A stretch of 63,844 nucleotides of DNA, the filler included, from Octopus bimaculoides (lineage: Eukaryota), in NCBI RefSeq assembly GCF_001194135.2. It is 10 parts of 10 records of this genome, joined end to end, with 100 filler letters (N's around TTAATTAATTAA, not from the genome) between each part and the next. Parts side by side here need not be neighbours in the genome. Positions count along the whole stretch, not along the records: positions 25,733 to 48,034 come from NC_068981.1; positions 48,135 to 50,141 come from NW_026294991.1; positions 50,242 to 53,217 come from NW_026316821.1; 7 more parts are not named here. One strand, written 5' to 3'. The position numbers were made by a program, and so were the translations under genes. How positions within the stretch are numbered: the stretch's first letter is position 1; every line of letters begins with the position of its first letter. Shown in pieces: positions 36,251 to 50,325 of the stretch. The notes under the pieces were generated by a model. That model searched no databases. It saw nothing but the letters and a program-made list of their open reading frames with translations, and was not told where the DNA came from.

Positions 36251-37559
36251 GAGTTTAAGAAACTATCTTGAGAGGTACTTTGCCAAACAGTTTTATGGAT
36301 GATATTGACCGAAGAAAACTGATTTTAAAGCCCACTTCAATGGACTCCCGCCACCCTCGTCGGAAGAGGCGAAAGAGTGCAGCTGGACGGTAGAGTGGTC
36401 TGTCACTGAAACTGTTTGGGAATAGGCAAGTTTTGTTATATCTTGTAATTGATAGAAAGAAATACCAAATATGTCTATTTCTTTGTACTGAGGAATGTTT
36501 ATGGGGTAGGGGGAATGAAAAACATTCTACTTGTATGGAACACAGGGGTAGATTAGTGTTGGACATTTCCTTAACCGATGGAATTTAAGATGTTAATTGG
36601 AGCAGTGATTAATTAGGAAAAATCAATATGTTAGTAACTTGCGCCAAATGCCATACGCCTACATCGAACAGCATTTGATGCTGATCCGAAGTTGCAGTAA
36701 AGTTGCTTATCATAGAACTATTGATCAGTGGAACACCTTTCACTTCTAACAAAAGGATCGTTTTTGGTTTGTCCGTTACTCTAACGAGGCCACATACAGT
36801 TACTGAATGGCAAGTTTGGATAAGTTTCGTCATACACACATTCTAGCAGTCCACTTATTTGACTGAGAGGCAATACTCAGGCTAAACACAGCAAAAGCAA
36901 CGTGTTCGTTTGATAGAAAGTCCTTGCATTTTATGTATTTTATTGGTTGACGAAATGAACGACAACAGGCAGAGTAATGCAGTGGGTATCGACAAAAATG
37001 AAGCATTGAATAAAGGCCTTCAGATAGGGATTATAGACAATTTTCAACAGCCATTGATCTTTCTGTGCTATGGGCAATACATATATTTTAAGTAATCAAC
37101 CGAGTGTTTCTGTAATCTGGAAGAAAGTATGGTGACAGGATACTGATGAGCTGTAGGTTTATGTAGAATAGTCTTTATGTCATGAAATATTTATCCAGTT
37201 GTCAAACAAATATATTATGAATATAGTTCTTCCAACAGCTTTTAGCATGAAGAAGCCGAAGTAAAAGAACGTTGTATGAGGGACAAAATTAAAAAAAATA
37301 AAAACTGACTAGCGGTTCTTGTTTTCTGACAAAACATCAATACCTTTTTACAAGTATTACTTGAAACAAAAAGAGAGATTGGAACGAATACACATGCCCT
37401 AATTGCCCAGAGTATTCTACGAGAAACAGGAATGAGTCAGTTGAAAAATTGAAAGCTGAAACAGAAAGAATCCGTTTCTTGAATAGAGGATGGTCCGGGT
37501 TTTGAAATGTCTTAACTCGAGTGAGTATTTTGTACAACTCTTTGTGATCCTATTTATCG

Positions 37560-38450
37560 ATGTATGTATGTATGTATGTATGTATGTATGTATGTATGTA
37601 TGCATGTATGCATGCATGCATGCATGTATGTATGTATATCATTATTCAGTTTTATTTCAAGATTTCTTGCCAATAGAGGAAGAGCTGGTTTCTAACCTAG
37701 ATCATTATTTCCTTCACTGGAATTTCAATATCAACAACAGGGTATGTTTGTATGTCTTCTATTTATTAATTATTATATATCTTCCACAGAAGAGGGAGCC
37801 GGTTTCCAACAAAGACACAAGGCTTCATCTTTGGGAAGTTGTTAACACAGACAAATTCACATTTGGAACGTGAGAAAAGTCTTGCATATTTTTACTATTC
37901 CGCTCACAGATTGCATTTGTGATGTACGAATTAGCTGGTCGATTTCTCTTTCTGAAAATCCCAGTTTATCCAGATTCTCCAGTATGTATGTATGTATGTA
38001 TGTATGTATGTATGTATGTATGTATGTATGTATGTATGTATACGTACAAATTCTGTATGTTTTGTTTTATGTATGTCTTCTTATGCATGTCTACACATGC
38101 TCATATATATATATATACTTAAATGATAAACATCTGGAAAATTTTACAGATTTTTAGAGTTCCAGTATGTATGTATGCATGTATGTATGTATGTATGTAT
38201 GCATGTATGTATGTCATTATTCAGTTTTATTTCAAGATTTCTTGCCAATAGAGAAAGAGCCGGTTTCTAACCTAGATGCAAGACTCCTTCATTGGAGTTT
38301 CAACATCAACAACAGGGTATGTATGTATGTATGTATATCTGCAGATTTGTATGTTTTGTTTTATGTATATATTCTCATGCATATAGTTGCATATCTGGAC
38401 ATATTTATATATATTTAAATGATAAACTTATGGAAAGTTTGCGGACAACT
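37560..38450. repeat. Complex local duplication of a ~120-bp unit interleaved with (TATG)n tracts
   Basis: CATTATTCAGTTTTATTTCAAGATTTCTTGCCAATAGAG..GGTTTCTAACCTAGAT..CAACAACAGGGTATG occurs at ~37640 and ~38215. Confidence 0.85.
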
Positions 38451-39642
38451 GCTTATGATGTGGGTGATATCTTCGGTGTTAACTCCACAAAGTCTGCATC
38501 GGTGGTCACATTTTACTGTAGATAATTACTGTGGTTAATTACTGTCGCACGCTACTTGTTTACATATTTGGTTGGTTTATAATGGTATAAGCGACCTTGG
38601 GCCACTTATGACATATGCTACTTCTCCATACGTTTACTTTTTATTTTTATTTCTTTATTTACAACGGTCTAAGCTTATCCTTGGTTTTTTAAATTTAACT
38701 GACCAATTATAGTGATGGCTGGACTTTGGTCAGGTGGTTTGTCTTTAAAATATATCAATAAGTATATTAATGTAATAAATTTATGGGCATGTTATTTGGA
38801 TAAATATTAATTAGTACTATTCTTTCTAGACCTATAGGCGAATCCCGTTATACTGAAGTACTTGTTATATTTCTATTAATATTTATACACTCTGGTACTC
38901 TTCAAGAAAGATTAACCCACCAATTAATTTCCTAGTTTAATCATTTGTTTATCGAATTCAAGGGTTACACTGCAAAATGGTATGATTCAAATATATTAAG
39001 CCATCTTTCCTCATCTCGAGACCCTGTTCTCTTCTCTTCTTTTATTTTATGTATTTCTCTTCACTCTGATGAAGCTCCATCTACCAGATCTGATATGTCA
39101 TAGAATATGACGAATATTATTCTCAGAATTTTCTTTGGCAGCACTGACTGACATTGGAAGCAGAAACAGCTGTTAGAAATGTTAAGCTTTGTATCAAAAA
39201 ATAATAATAATAACTGATGGTAGTCAGTTTGTTTGTTGACCAAGAATTTTCTCTATTTTCTGCTTAATTTAAATTTGATTCCTGATAAACTCTTGTTTAT
39301 TTTTTATTGCCTGTATCCCATGACCATAGTATGTTTGTATATATATGCCCAGGGTTAACATAGGTAATTTATACCGGTAGTAAAAACGGATATTCTTATC
39401 CCTTAGACGGTTATTCCAACCGCTAACTCTACTAACCTATATGTATATATATGCGTATGTATTTGTATATAACTATGCGTATGTATTTGTATATATATAT
39501 GTGTGTGTTCCTTTGCTTGTCTTACAAAGAATGACGTTTCTTTGTATTTTCTTATTTTAATGTTTCCAGTAAAACATGTTAATAAAGGACAACAATTACA
39601 ACAGTTATGACAATAATAATAACAACAATAATAGTAATAATA

Positions 39643-39702
<60 letters not shown>

Positions 39703-41166
39703 GTAACAACAACAATAATCCTCATTACTATCATTTGTTGCATAAGAAATATATATTTATAAAATAAGAAAGTATTTGGTCGATTTTTTTTTGTGTTTAG
39801 GCAAGATTGTTCGCAGATTTGTTTTGAAGGATATATTGATATCAGTTCATCAAAACTGAAGTAAATCTCTAGAAATTGCTCCCACGCTTCACCTTAACAA
39901 CCATTCGTATGTAAGTATGTGTGTATGTACACATACACGCACACACACATATATATGATATATACACACATTCATATACATATACACATACATATGTGCA
40001 TTTTTACGTATATTTGTGTGTGCGCGTGTATCTGCATGTATGTATGTATGTGTTTTGTATTTAAATGCATGTGTAGAGATGTCTAAATCAACATAGTACA
40101 AGCGGTATTTACGGTTTTACCGTCAGTACACGTCAGCTGAAGCTATCATTTGGCAAGCAACTCTTAGAATAAATCAAAAGATAATTCTTTACAAATCCAA
40201 ATCTAGACAGAAAGGGAAAATATAGATTTTTTTAAAGAAAGCCAATAATAATAACAACAACATCAACACCAATAATAATAATAAGAATAATAGTGATGAT
40301 GATGATGACGACGACGCTGATAATAATATAGAAAAGTAATACAAATCTTCTGTAACTTCTATTTTTGTTTTAGTTTTCGTTTGATCTCTTGTGTGTAGTT
40401 CAGCGAGAATGTCAACGTCTTATCTCAGCTCAGCGTGGTTTTAAAGGTGAGCTTATGACTTAAAGAAATTTTTTTTAAGGAAATTTATCTTTTGCCTACC
40501 TGTCTATCTTCATTGCATCTTTACTTTCTTTTATTCCCCATCCTTTTTTTTAAAGATTTCTTTTATATACATTTTCCTAATGCAGTCTCTGATTAGTATG
40601 TACTTTTTATCCAATTTATCTCTCAATCATAGAATTTACCATCTATCTTTGTTGAGCCGAAGGCCAATATGTTTTGTTTTCACTTTTCTAGTGGTTTCAC
40701 GTTCAAAAGCATTTTTGCATAGCAATGGTGTTTCCTCCTTTAAAAACGAATGTATTTTTCAAATAGTTTCCGTATTATTCCTTTGTCAGAGGTATAGAAG
40801 AAGAAAATATAGCTTTTTTACGCAAACAAATTTAAACATTTACGATAGATCTCCGTTTATATATTTAAACCGGGTTGTTATTCATGTATAATTGGTGATA
40901 ATATTTCTTCTTACATTGGCATCAGGCTACAAATTTGTTGACGAACTGCATAGCTGATCGAACTGAACTCAGTATATTAGAGATGCTTATTGTATCGAAT
41001 TCAGTGAGTTGAAATGTGAAGTTGAGAACATTAGAATCTAAATTCAGAATAAAAGTAGTTATAGCATAACATAGCATAAAACAAAATACCAACAAATGTA
41101 GGTAAACCGAACTAAGCCCGATGATCTACAACTACTGTTCAAACATTTCTCTGTAGCCAATGTTAG

Positions 41167-41363
41167 CACCGTATTTTCTGGTATGCAAGTTGAATTTTCT
41201 AGATAAAAATTTAGGTTGATTTATACACCAAGACGACTTTATAAAACTAAACATTCCACGTGAAATACCAGAAGATATTAAAAGATAATGACGATGTCTG
41301 AATGTTTACGCCGTACGCATAAATTATATACTTATGTCAACTTGTAAGCCGGAAAACACGGTA
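41167..41363. mobile_element. Tc1/mariner (pogo-like) MITE, old
   Basis: Imperfect ~27-bp TIR CACCGTATTTTCTGGTATGCAAGTTGA / TCAACTTGTAAGCCGGAAAACACGGTA. Confidence 0.6.
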
Positions 41364-44023
41364 ATAATTTTAAACTTACAATTAAGGATAGAGATTTGGA
41401 GGCAGTGCATAGTCTATTAAATCAACCCTAATCAATGCCCGATGCCACATTTTTCTTGGCCCTTGAGGAATGGAAGTTTAACCGGGTGGTTCTTAAACGG
41501 CACACCGTAGATTTCTAAAAAATATAATTTAAGGCATTATAAAAAAATAATACTAATGTTTTGAATGGTTTCAAAGGTGTGTTTTATTCTTTCATAATTA
41601 TGTTATACTCAAGTTTGATTACTAAAACAAGGTAATAAAATCATCTCGACATATTAAAAAAGTACGTTTTTTTATAACTTTGCCTACGAAATAGGTTGGT
41701 GATTTGTTTTTTGTTTGCTTATCTATATACGAAGTGAAAAAAATTAAAAAATGCTAGGCTGAGTTAATTTGTCCAATAATTCTGTTAACCTTAATTTTAT
41801 GCGACGATAATAATAAAGCTTCTTAAACATTAGTTAAAGTTTTGTCTTAGTTATTCTGTGATGGATCTTTCTCATCAATCAACACCACTCTGCTCTGTGC
41901 AGAATCAATTGCTGCACCGAGTTATACACGTTAGCATGCATTATGGAAACTAGTCCAAACAATAACCTGATTTGAGATGAATTACACAATATACTTATCA
42001 ATTCATTATTATTGGTGGTTAAGTACTGATTCACGTTCTGCTGGGACAAATGTCCACACAAAGTCTTCTCCAGTATATTTCATGAAAGTTATCTTTTTTG
42101 TTTAACCAAAAAATCCAACATGATTTGAAAGGTGCAGCTGGAATCAACATCATATATTGACAATAAAAGATGGAACAAGCGGGGGAAAAGTGGAAATTGC
42201 AACGGCAGCGTATCTGAAAGTGTTAACGTTCCAAGAAACTTGCATATTTTGGAAAATACAGACAGCAGAGGATTCCTTACATAGCTTTCCACAAAATTTA
42301 TTAAAATACACTTTCTAGACCATATATCTGTCTACGTAATTCGAATGATAGTCCTCAGTGCAAGAAATAGCAGTTTCAGTTTGACTAAGTCATTTTGAGA
42401 AAGTGGATACCTGTGAACAAGTATATTTTCCTGCGAGACGATTTTCAGCCTTTGACTTGGTTAATATTCTTTTCTATTCTAGGCACAAAGCCTGAAATTT
42501 TTGGGGAGGTTGCCAGTCGATTAGACTTTGTTAATATTGTAGACACAGGTGTTCTAACTATTCTTCTGAGTAATTGTCAACACATCATTATTGAAAACCT
42601 AGAAGTAAGAATCTGGATTTCATTTAAAGTTGGAAAAGAAATCAAATCAATTCCCATAACCGTACTGCCTCAACTTTAGGAGAGGCAGCATGCAAAACAA
42701 CTGCACCCGCTTCTCTCTCTCTCTCTCTCCTTCTCTCATGTCTTCTGTAGATCAAACAGCTTTGAAGTTTAAGGGAATGTGATTTCAAAACGAAAGAAAA
42801 TGTTTAACACCTCATCGAAGTATACAGCTGCAGCCAACACTTTAAGTTTTTAAATTTTAAAGCAGTGTTAAGTGTGCTTGGCACTGTATATTTCAAGTAA
42901 GCAAATGATACGGATTAATTCCACTAACATAATTATCTCAAAAAATATTTTTATTTATAGTCCAGTGACATTTTGGTTGGAATAGCGACTCTGCGGCTAC
43001 TCAAAAGGTTACTACGTACGATAGCAGCCAAAACGTAATATTACAGAAGGATTTTGATTAACAACATCGTGAATAAAATTGTTCCAAAGTTAACAGTAGC
43101 ATATGAATATGAATATGTAAGAAAAGAAAATCAAGCATGATATAAAATTGTGCATGCAGAGAAAATATATGGCCACGAAAAAAATAATAAATACCTGATA
43201 AGAACAAATGAATAAGTCAAATGAAAAGCTATTTCTAGCACGTCAAGAACAGACGATGGAGTGGAAAACTGCTGTGTTTACGCGACGGTTTTGACAAAGG
43301 CAAAAAGAAAACAACTTTGTTGTGTTAAATAAAGCAGAAGGAATGAAAATGAGAATACTGTGAGGAAAATGCTATTAGTTTGGTTTGTTGTTAAATGGTT
43401 AGGATACATCGTGCGTTGATTCGATCCAAATGCACTGATCAGATGAAATCTGTTACAAGATGATACTGTACTGTTGGCTCGAACGATAACGGTAAAGCTT
43501 CATCTCTCTGATTCCGAAACTCGTGAGCTGTAACGGGTTATTTCTGAATAGAACTGTTCAGTACCTTCTAGTCAGATCGTTTTCAAAGGAACGCTTGAGA
43601 GAATTGTCAAAACTGACGAACCACCACCGCAGCCGCCGCCACCACCACCATCACCACCACCACCACCGTTAACTTTGTAATACGTGATTCTATTCCTTTT
43701 GTATTAATACCAGCCTCAAACTAATTTGTTTATTGTTTTCATTCTTCTGCACGTGGCTGGCTTTCTTAATAACCAGAAGAATTTGGTATGTTTTGTTAAA
43801 TATTTGTCTAGATCCTGTTATACACGCTTTCTGAGAAAACTTCATATCCGATACCTTAAGCCTCACAAGAACTTAACCAATTTTTCCCCATCCATGTAAT
43901 TTGGACTAATAAAGAGTGAGATTATCCTCATATAATTCTTAATCTCTTTTCTTATTTCGCCTTTCGTTTTAGATCCCCACTCGTATCTTACTCATTTTTC
44001 TAGTTTTGTTGGTCTGTATTGTA

Positions 44024-44167
44024 TCTTCTTCTTCTTCTTCTTCTTCTTCTTCTTCTTCTTCTTCTTCTTCTTCTTCTTCTTCTTCTTCTTCTTCTTCTTC
44101 TTCTTCTTCTTCTTCTTCTTCTTCTTCTTCTTTGACGTTGTCACCGTCGTTGTCATCATCATCATTG

Positions 44168-44205
<38 letters not shown>

Positions 44206-44334
44206 TTTTTATTCATAATGATGATGATAATGGTGTTGTTGCTGCTGTTGTTGTTGATGATGANNNNNNNNNNATCATCATCATCTTTTTATTCATAATG
44301 ATGATGATAATGGTGTTGTTGTTGCTGTTGTTGT

Positions 44335-44368
<34 letters not shown>

Positions 44369-44460
44369 AATGATGATGATCATGATGGTGATGATGACGA
44401 TGATGATGATGGCGATGGTGACGAAGCTGATGTTGATGAAGATGATGACGATGAAGCCAA
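44024..44460. repeat. (CTT)n, (CAT)n and (GAT)n microsatellite cluster
   Basis: Read directly from the sequence; a 10-N gap with duplicated flanks lies inside it. Confidence 0.95.
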
Positions 44461-44906
44461 TATTGTTATTACTGGGTGATGACGAAATAAAGCATAGGAG
44501 TGAACACTTTACAGCATTTAGCTTCGCTCTTCTTGCTTCTGAGTTCAAATCCTGGAGTTGTTTTTCATCATGTGGTTTCTGAGTTCAAATCCAGGGGCAA
44601 TCGTGGTTATCGACTAAAATGAGTACTAGAAGTATGAAAATAAAGATAAATGCCCTGAAAACTTTAAAATGATAGATCACTGGGTTATCACAAAGAAGCC
44701 TACGCCATCAAGTAATATATTAAGGGCCAGTTAGTCTATTTCTTTATTGCAAAGGACCAGAAATTTAAGTTATAATGAATAAGTACATCGACAGGGCTCA
44801 GTCGATTATTGAACGTACATGATACACCTAGATTCCCGTGACACTTCTTAGTATCATTCCAAAATGCACGTATACCATCAATATACCGGGGTTCGATTTA
44901 GTCGAG

Positions 44907-45184
44907 TTATTTCTTTACTACCCACAAGGGGCTACACACAGAGGGGACAAACAAGGACAGACAAACGGATTAAGTCGATTATATCGACCTCAGTGCGTAA
45001 CTGGTACTTATTTAATCGACCCCGAAAGGATGAAAGGCAAAGTCGACCTCGGCGGAATTTGAACTCAGAACGTAGCAGCAGACGAAATACCGCTAAGCAT
45101 TTCGCCCGGCGTGCTAACGTTTCTGCCAGCTCGCCGCCATTTTGTTTTCCATATGTGAGTTATTTCTTTACTACCCACAATTTA
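44907..45184 (-). mobile_element. Full-length SINE family A plus an extra upstream SINE 3' end, within one 16-bp TSD
   Basis: TSD GTTCGATTTAGTCGAG at 44891-44906 and 45185-45200; head GGCGGCGAGCTGGCAGAAACG; B-box TCTGAGTTCAAATTCC. Confidence 0.9.
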
Positions 45185-47226
45185 GTTCGATTTAGTCGAG
45201 TGTACTATCAAGTGTAAATGCCAATAGACAATAGAAATAAAAATCTCAGTGAGGCGATATCGTATCACTGATTTTAACTTTATGTAAGCGAAATCATTAT
45301 CTAAATTTATATGATGTCTAAAAGACTGTATAGTGATTAATTCAAACATAAACCGGAGTAATCAGGTTAAAAAAAAACAAAAGATGGTGGGCAGTAGATG
45401 CATTGTCTGAATTAACGAAAAGCTAAAAGTATTGACCTTGTAACAAAAAAGATAAAGTAAAAACGAAAAGATAACTTAATGTAAGTGAAGAAATATTCTC
45501 TCTTTACTTATGCACAAAGCTTTTCAATTTATCCACCCCGATTGCACTGCAAACTCAGCTCAGCTAATCCAGCTGGTTTCTTACCTTCTCCACCTCCCAG
45601 TCCCCACAACCCTACCGCATTTCACAATCTCAACCCAAACCTCAATACTAATTCAGCTTATGAATATTTAAACCCTGCAAAATACTGCACTACCTAAACA
45701 GCCCACTCCACCTATCTAATGCATAGTATTAATACATAATAGCACAGCAAAGAAAAAACAACAAAAAAACATACAAAGTCAATCCCTATAAATACCCAAA
45801 TCCTGTTCCCTTTTCCTCCGTATCCACTATACCAATGATTCCCTCACCATAACATCTACAAAACAAGAGCTGCGAGTGCTCTATAATATACACGACTAAA
45901 ATAATTTACGAAAATGATCCTTACATATAACTTACATGCATAACCTTTGCAATAATTAATAAAATGAATTATCGCGGCAGACCACACAAATTTACGCATT
46001 AGTAAGGAACTATAGAATGGCGTTGCTACATGTACAGGGCGTCACCACTAAACGCACAGTTGTGCAAATGCTGTTACACTGACACCATAATCCAAAATAT
46101 TTCGTCTTAGTACGCCTGATCTAAAATGAAATGAAACAGTACCGTTTACTGAATATAATATGAATATAAACAGAATACATTTAACCTTTGCTTTATAAAA
46201 ATTGGGTACGCATATTTATATTAACAATGGGCAAAGAATGACCCTGAAAGCAACTTCAGAACGTACCTCGCTCCATTCATAACCGTGATATATACATCCA
46301 CTGTACAGCGCAACATACCGTTTGTTCTATTCGCAATAAACTATTAAGTATATTGAAGTGACACTTTGACCTCCTAATTAGTGATCGTATTGTATAGGCA
46401 ATATCCGAACACACCATACACACAACAGTCGACTGGGAAACATGAACGAGCATCTACGAGACAGATATACTGCAGAGACAAAGTAAAAACAGCAATGTGT
46501 ACAAAAATGTATGAAAGTACAAATATATGAAATTATATGCGTGTATTTTTCACCTAGGTTATCGTTTTTCCTAAACTTACCACACTTCTCCCCAAATATG
46601 TACACTGTATGTGTCATCTTAATTCTAGACTGTACTAAATTCGTCGTTAAGACATCAAGTTGATATCCGATACAAGAGACGATGCTCCCAACAGCACATT
46701 GCAATATGTGAAATACATGTACATCTATTTAGTCACATATATTTTTATGCACTGTATAAATTCATATGCACTATTTATTCCCACTTAATATATTTATATA
46801 AGTATACTGTGCAGGGTTGCGTGCGTTGATATACAAAACCGGAAAATGCACACAGGATCTAATGCGACAATATACTACCGATATGCTTGAGCACAAATAT
46901 TTCACTAGACACTCAAGCAATACTACGATTCATGAATTACTTCTCCTTATGTATGTATGTATGTATGTATGTATGTATGTATGTATGTTCTGTATTTGCC
47001 ATTAATTTATGGTTGTTGACATCTCGCATCATCCGTAATCTTATGAAATTTCATAGCACTCTCACCATTTAAATTGTAGAGTCGTCATCCATTATTCATC
47101 CACCGACTGAATAATTGTGATTATATTCGCGCGAAATCTATGGTATCGAACAATTGAATTCTATTAAAGGAAATTATTTATCCACCGATGCGATGTTGAG
47201 ATCTCATTCTTCCAGTTCGTCATTAA

Positions 47227-47266
<40 letters not shown>

Positions 47267-47408
47267 CCCACGTACACACGCACACTCATATGTATGTATG
47301 TATATATATATGCTTGTCCATGTATATATATATATGTACACACACAGATACAGACACATGTTTACTTTAATTACCAGTATATATGTTAGTCTTACAATTA
47401 TATGAATT

Positions 47409-47444
<36 letters not shown>

Positions 47445-49243
47445 TTACATACATATGCATACTATCTTATTAACACCTGTTTAAAAGATATAGAAAATGC
47501 ACCGTAAGACAAAGACAAACAATGTGATCATAGAGGTACTAGTAGATTTACACACAAAGAAATATTTCTAAAATTATTGTAAATGTTCAATTACAAACTG
47601 CGGTAAATATTCGAGCAATAGCTGATTTTACCGCTTCTAAATGATCATCATCATCGTCGTTGCCATAGTCATCCTCATCAATTGTCAGCTTCAAGTGATG
47701 CGATATTACTGTATGACTTATAATAAGAAAATAGGTTTCTCTAAAGACGACGAATTTTTTTTTCCAGTTTCCTTTATTTCGTGTAAAGGCGACAATTTGT
47801 TGTTGTTACTTTCGTCTTTTCTTATTTTCAGTTTACTAATCTACGATGGTAAGAACTGGAGTGAAGAAACATACTTAAAATTCCAACGCCCCACCACCTC
47901 AAAAGCATCATAATATGAAACGAAAATTGCGAGATCTCAAAGAAAATAGTAAAGAATAATATATATATATGTATGTATATGTGTGTGTGCATGTGCGTGC
48001 GTGTGTGTACTTATATATATATATATATATATATNNNNNNNNNNNNNNNNNNNNNNNNNNNNNNNNNNNNNNNNNNNNTTAATTAATTAANNNNNNNNNN
48101 NNNNNNNNNNNNNNNNNNNNNNNNNNNNNNNNNNGACACTTCCAGTCCACTCATCTGAAAAGAAGTACCACCTACAACCAAGGGCTAACCTTGCGACAGA
48201 CTGGCATCTCATTCAGTGGGGTGTCTTGTATCCTCGTTTGTTGAAATGCATTGGATACCGAGATATTCTGGGGTCTAATGAGCCTGTAGATTAGGTAGAG
48301 AATTTAACATAGAATATACATCAATGTAGACATACAGGCATGCGCATATAAGTGTTAGTGTTACGTCTATTGAATGAAACTAGACATGAATGTGAAAAAC
48401 CAGAAATGCTTAGTTCTTTGATCGGAATGTAGCTGTTTGTGAAATGTTCATTACTGGATTAAGTTCATTGCTGGATTAATGACAGTTGCAAGACCTGATA
48501 ATGCTAATTAGATAAATGATTCTAAAACTAATCAGCTAGATACATTTTCGACGTTTTAAAATAACTGATAAAATCACTACCTCTCCAGGCGGTATTTGAA
48601 CTTAGACTGCAGTATTACAATATTTCATCTAAAACAAAAACGAAGGTAGCAACACGTCATATTCAATCCTTTATTTAACAAATTTAAAGCTTACATTGAT
48701 AACATTAAATTGGCAAGAAGAAAAAAAATATTAATATACTTTCAAATCAATCAACATTTTCTATTTTCCTCTGTTTCAAGTAATAGAAATCACAAATATA
48801 GTTTCTCTACCAGGAAATATATGTAATATTATATATGAAAAAAATATTATGTTAACACGTCAAAATATTATCAAACATGATTCTTGGAGGCTCTTTTTCG
48901 ATTTTCAGTTATATGTTTGTTTCTGTTGTTTTATCCATTATTTCATTAACAGAACTTGAACCTGGAAACACAATGAGGAAACTATATCAGATATTATATT
49001 GCTAAACTTGTCTATATTGCTAAACGTGTCTATAACGGATGCCTTTTAGTNNNNNNNNNNNNNNNNNNNNNNNNNNNNNNNNNNNNNNNNNNNNNNNNNN
49101 NNNNNNNNNNNNNNNNNNNNNNNNNNNNNNNNNNNNNNNNNNNNNNNNNNNNNNNNNNNNNNNNNNNNNNNNNNNNNNNNNNNNNNNNNNNNNNNNNNNN
49201 NNNNNNNNNNNNNNNNNNNNNNNNNNNNNNNNNNNNNNNNNNN

Positions 49244-49601
49244 CGGACTCGCGGTCATAGGTTCGCGGTTTCGATTCCCAGACCGGGCGTTGTGAGTGTT
49301 TATTAAGCGAAAACACCTAAAGATCCACGAGACTCCGGCAGGGGATGTTGGCGAACCCTGCTGTACTCTTTCACCACAACATTCTCTCACTCTTACTTCC
49401 TGTTTCTGTTGTGCCTATAATTCAAAGGGTCAGCCTTGTCACACTGTGTCACGCTGAGTATCCCCGAGAACTACGTTAAGGGTACACGTGTTTGTGGAGT
49501 GCTCAGCCACTTGCAAGTTAATTTCATGAGCAGGCTGTTCCGTTGATCGGATCAACTGGAACCCTCGACGTCGTAAGCGACGGGGTGCCAACAACAACAA
49601 C
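49244..49601 (+). mobile_element. tRNA-derived SINE family D with (CAA)n tail
   Basis: B-box GGTTTCGATTCC; homologous to 52421-52598. Confidence 0.8.
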
Positions 49602-49974
49602 CTAATTCAATATTTGCAATGTTGAAATGTCTGTATTTCGGAGCTGCAACTACACGTGAATGTTTGTTGGTAATGTTATATGTATACGTTGGTTTATATT
49701 TAGATAAATTTTAGTTATGTCGTTCCGGAAAAAGATTTTAGCTGATACCTTTGTATGTTACCTAAAGATTTCGCTACCAAAATATATAAGATGTTTCTTT
49801 GTCATTCGCATTGATTTAGCGTCTGAATGTAGTTTGCAGTAACATCAAATTTTCAATGGCTGAGGATTAATATCACGCTTTGAAACTATGAATTTAACCA
49901 AAATGCTTTGACTCATACAGATATGAGAATATATAAATAGAAACAGACATATGCATGATTATATAATCGGTGGA

Positions 49975-50141
49975 CTCTCGTAGTTATCGAGTGGTAACCG
50001 CGCGAGCGGAAACGACCACTCGGAAGGCCTCCACAACGGTGGAGTTACGATTTTAGGAGGGCGATTGGGACCAGGTGGATGAGGAAGGCATGATCCAGAG
50101 AGGAGTGGACAGCGTGTTGTGACCAGCAGTGTCAAATGGAC
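49975..50141 (+). mobile_element. RTE LINE extreme C-terminal fragment
   Basis: VIEW*PRERKRPLGRPPQRWSYDFRRAIGTRWMRKA*SREEW matches the RTE pattern EW.PR..KR..GRP..RW.DD......WM..A..R..W. Confidence 0.75.
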
Positions 50142-50221
50142 NNNNNNNNNNNNNNNNNNNNNNNNNNNNNNNNNNNNNNNNNNNNTTAATTAATTAANNN
50201 NNNNNNNNNNNNNNNNNNNNN

Positions 50222-50325
50222 NNNNNNNNNNNNNNNNNNNNCAACCGATGCTGGTGTGTTTACGTCCTCGGAACTTAGCGGTTCGGTAAAAAAGACCGAT
50301 AGAATAAGTACTAGGCATACAAACT
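50222..50325 (+). mobile_element. SINE family B internal fragment
   Basis: Reverse complement of part of 4603-4789. Confidence 0.75.

Noticed and set aside
42543-42604. Possible phase-1 exon DTGVLTILLSNCQHIIIENLE|GTAAGA
   Set aside because: Weak pyrimidine tract, adjoins a repeat fragment, and has no similarity to the SPHK LLVNP region or to SLC16.
45500-45900. C/A-skewed segment as a mitochondrial insertion (NUMT)
   Set aside because: No open frame or recognisable mitochondrial protein or rRNA motif under the invertebrate mitochondrial code.
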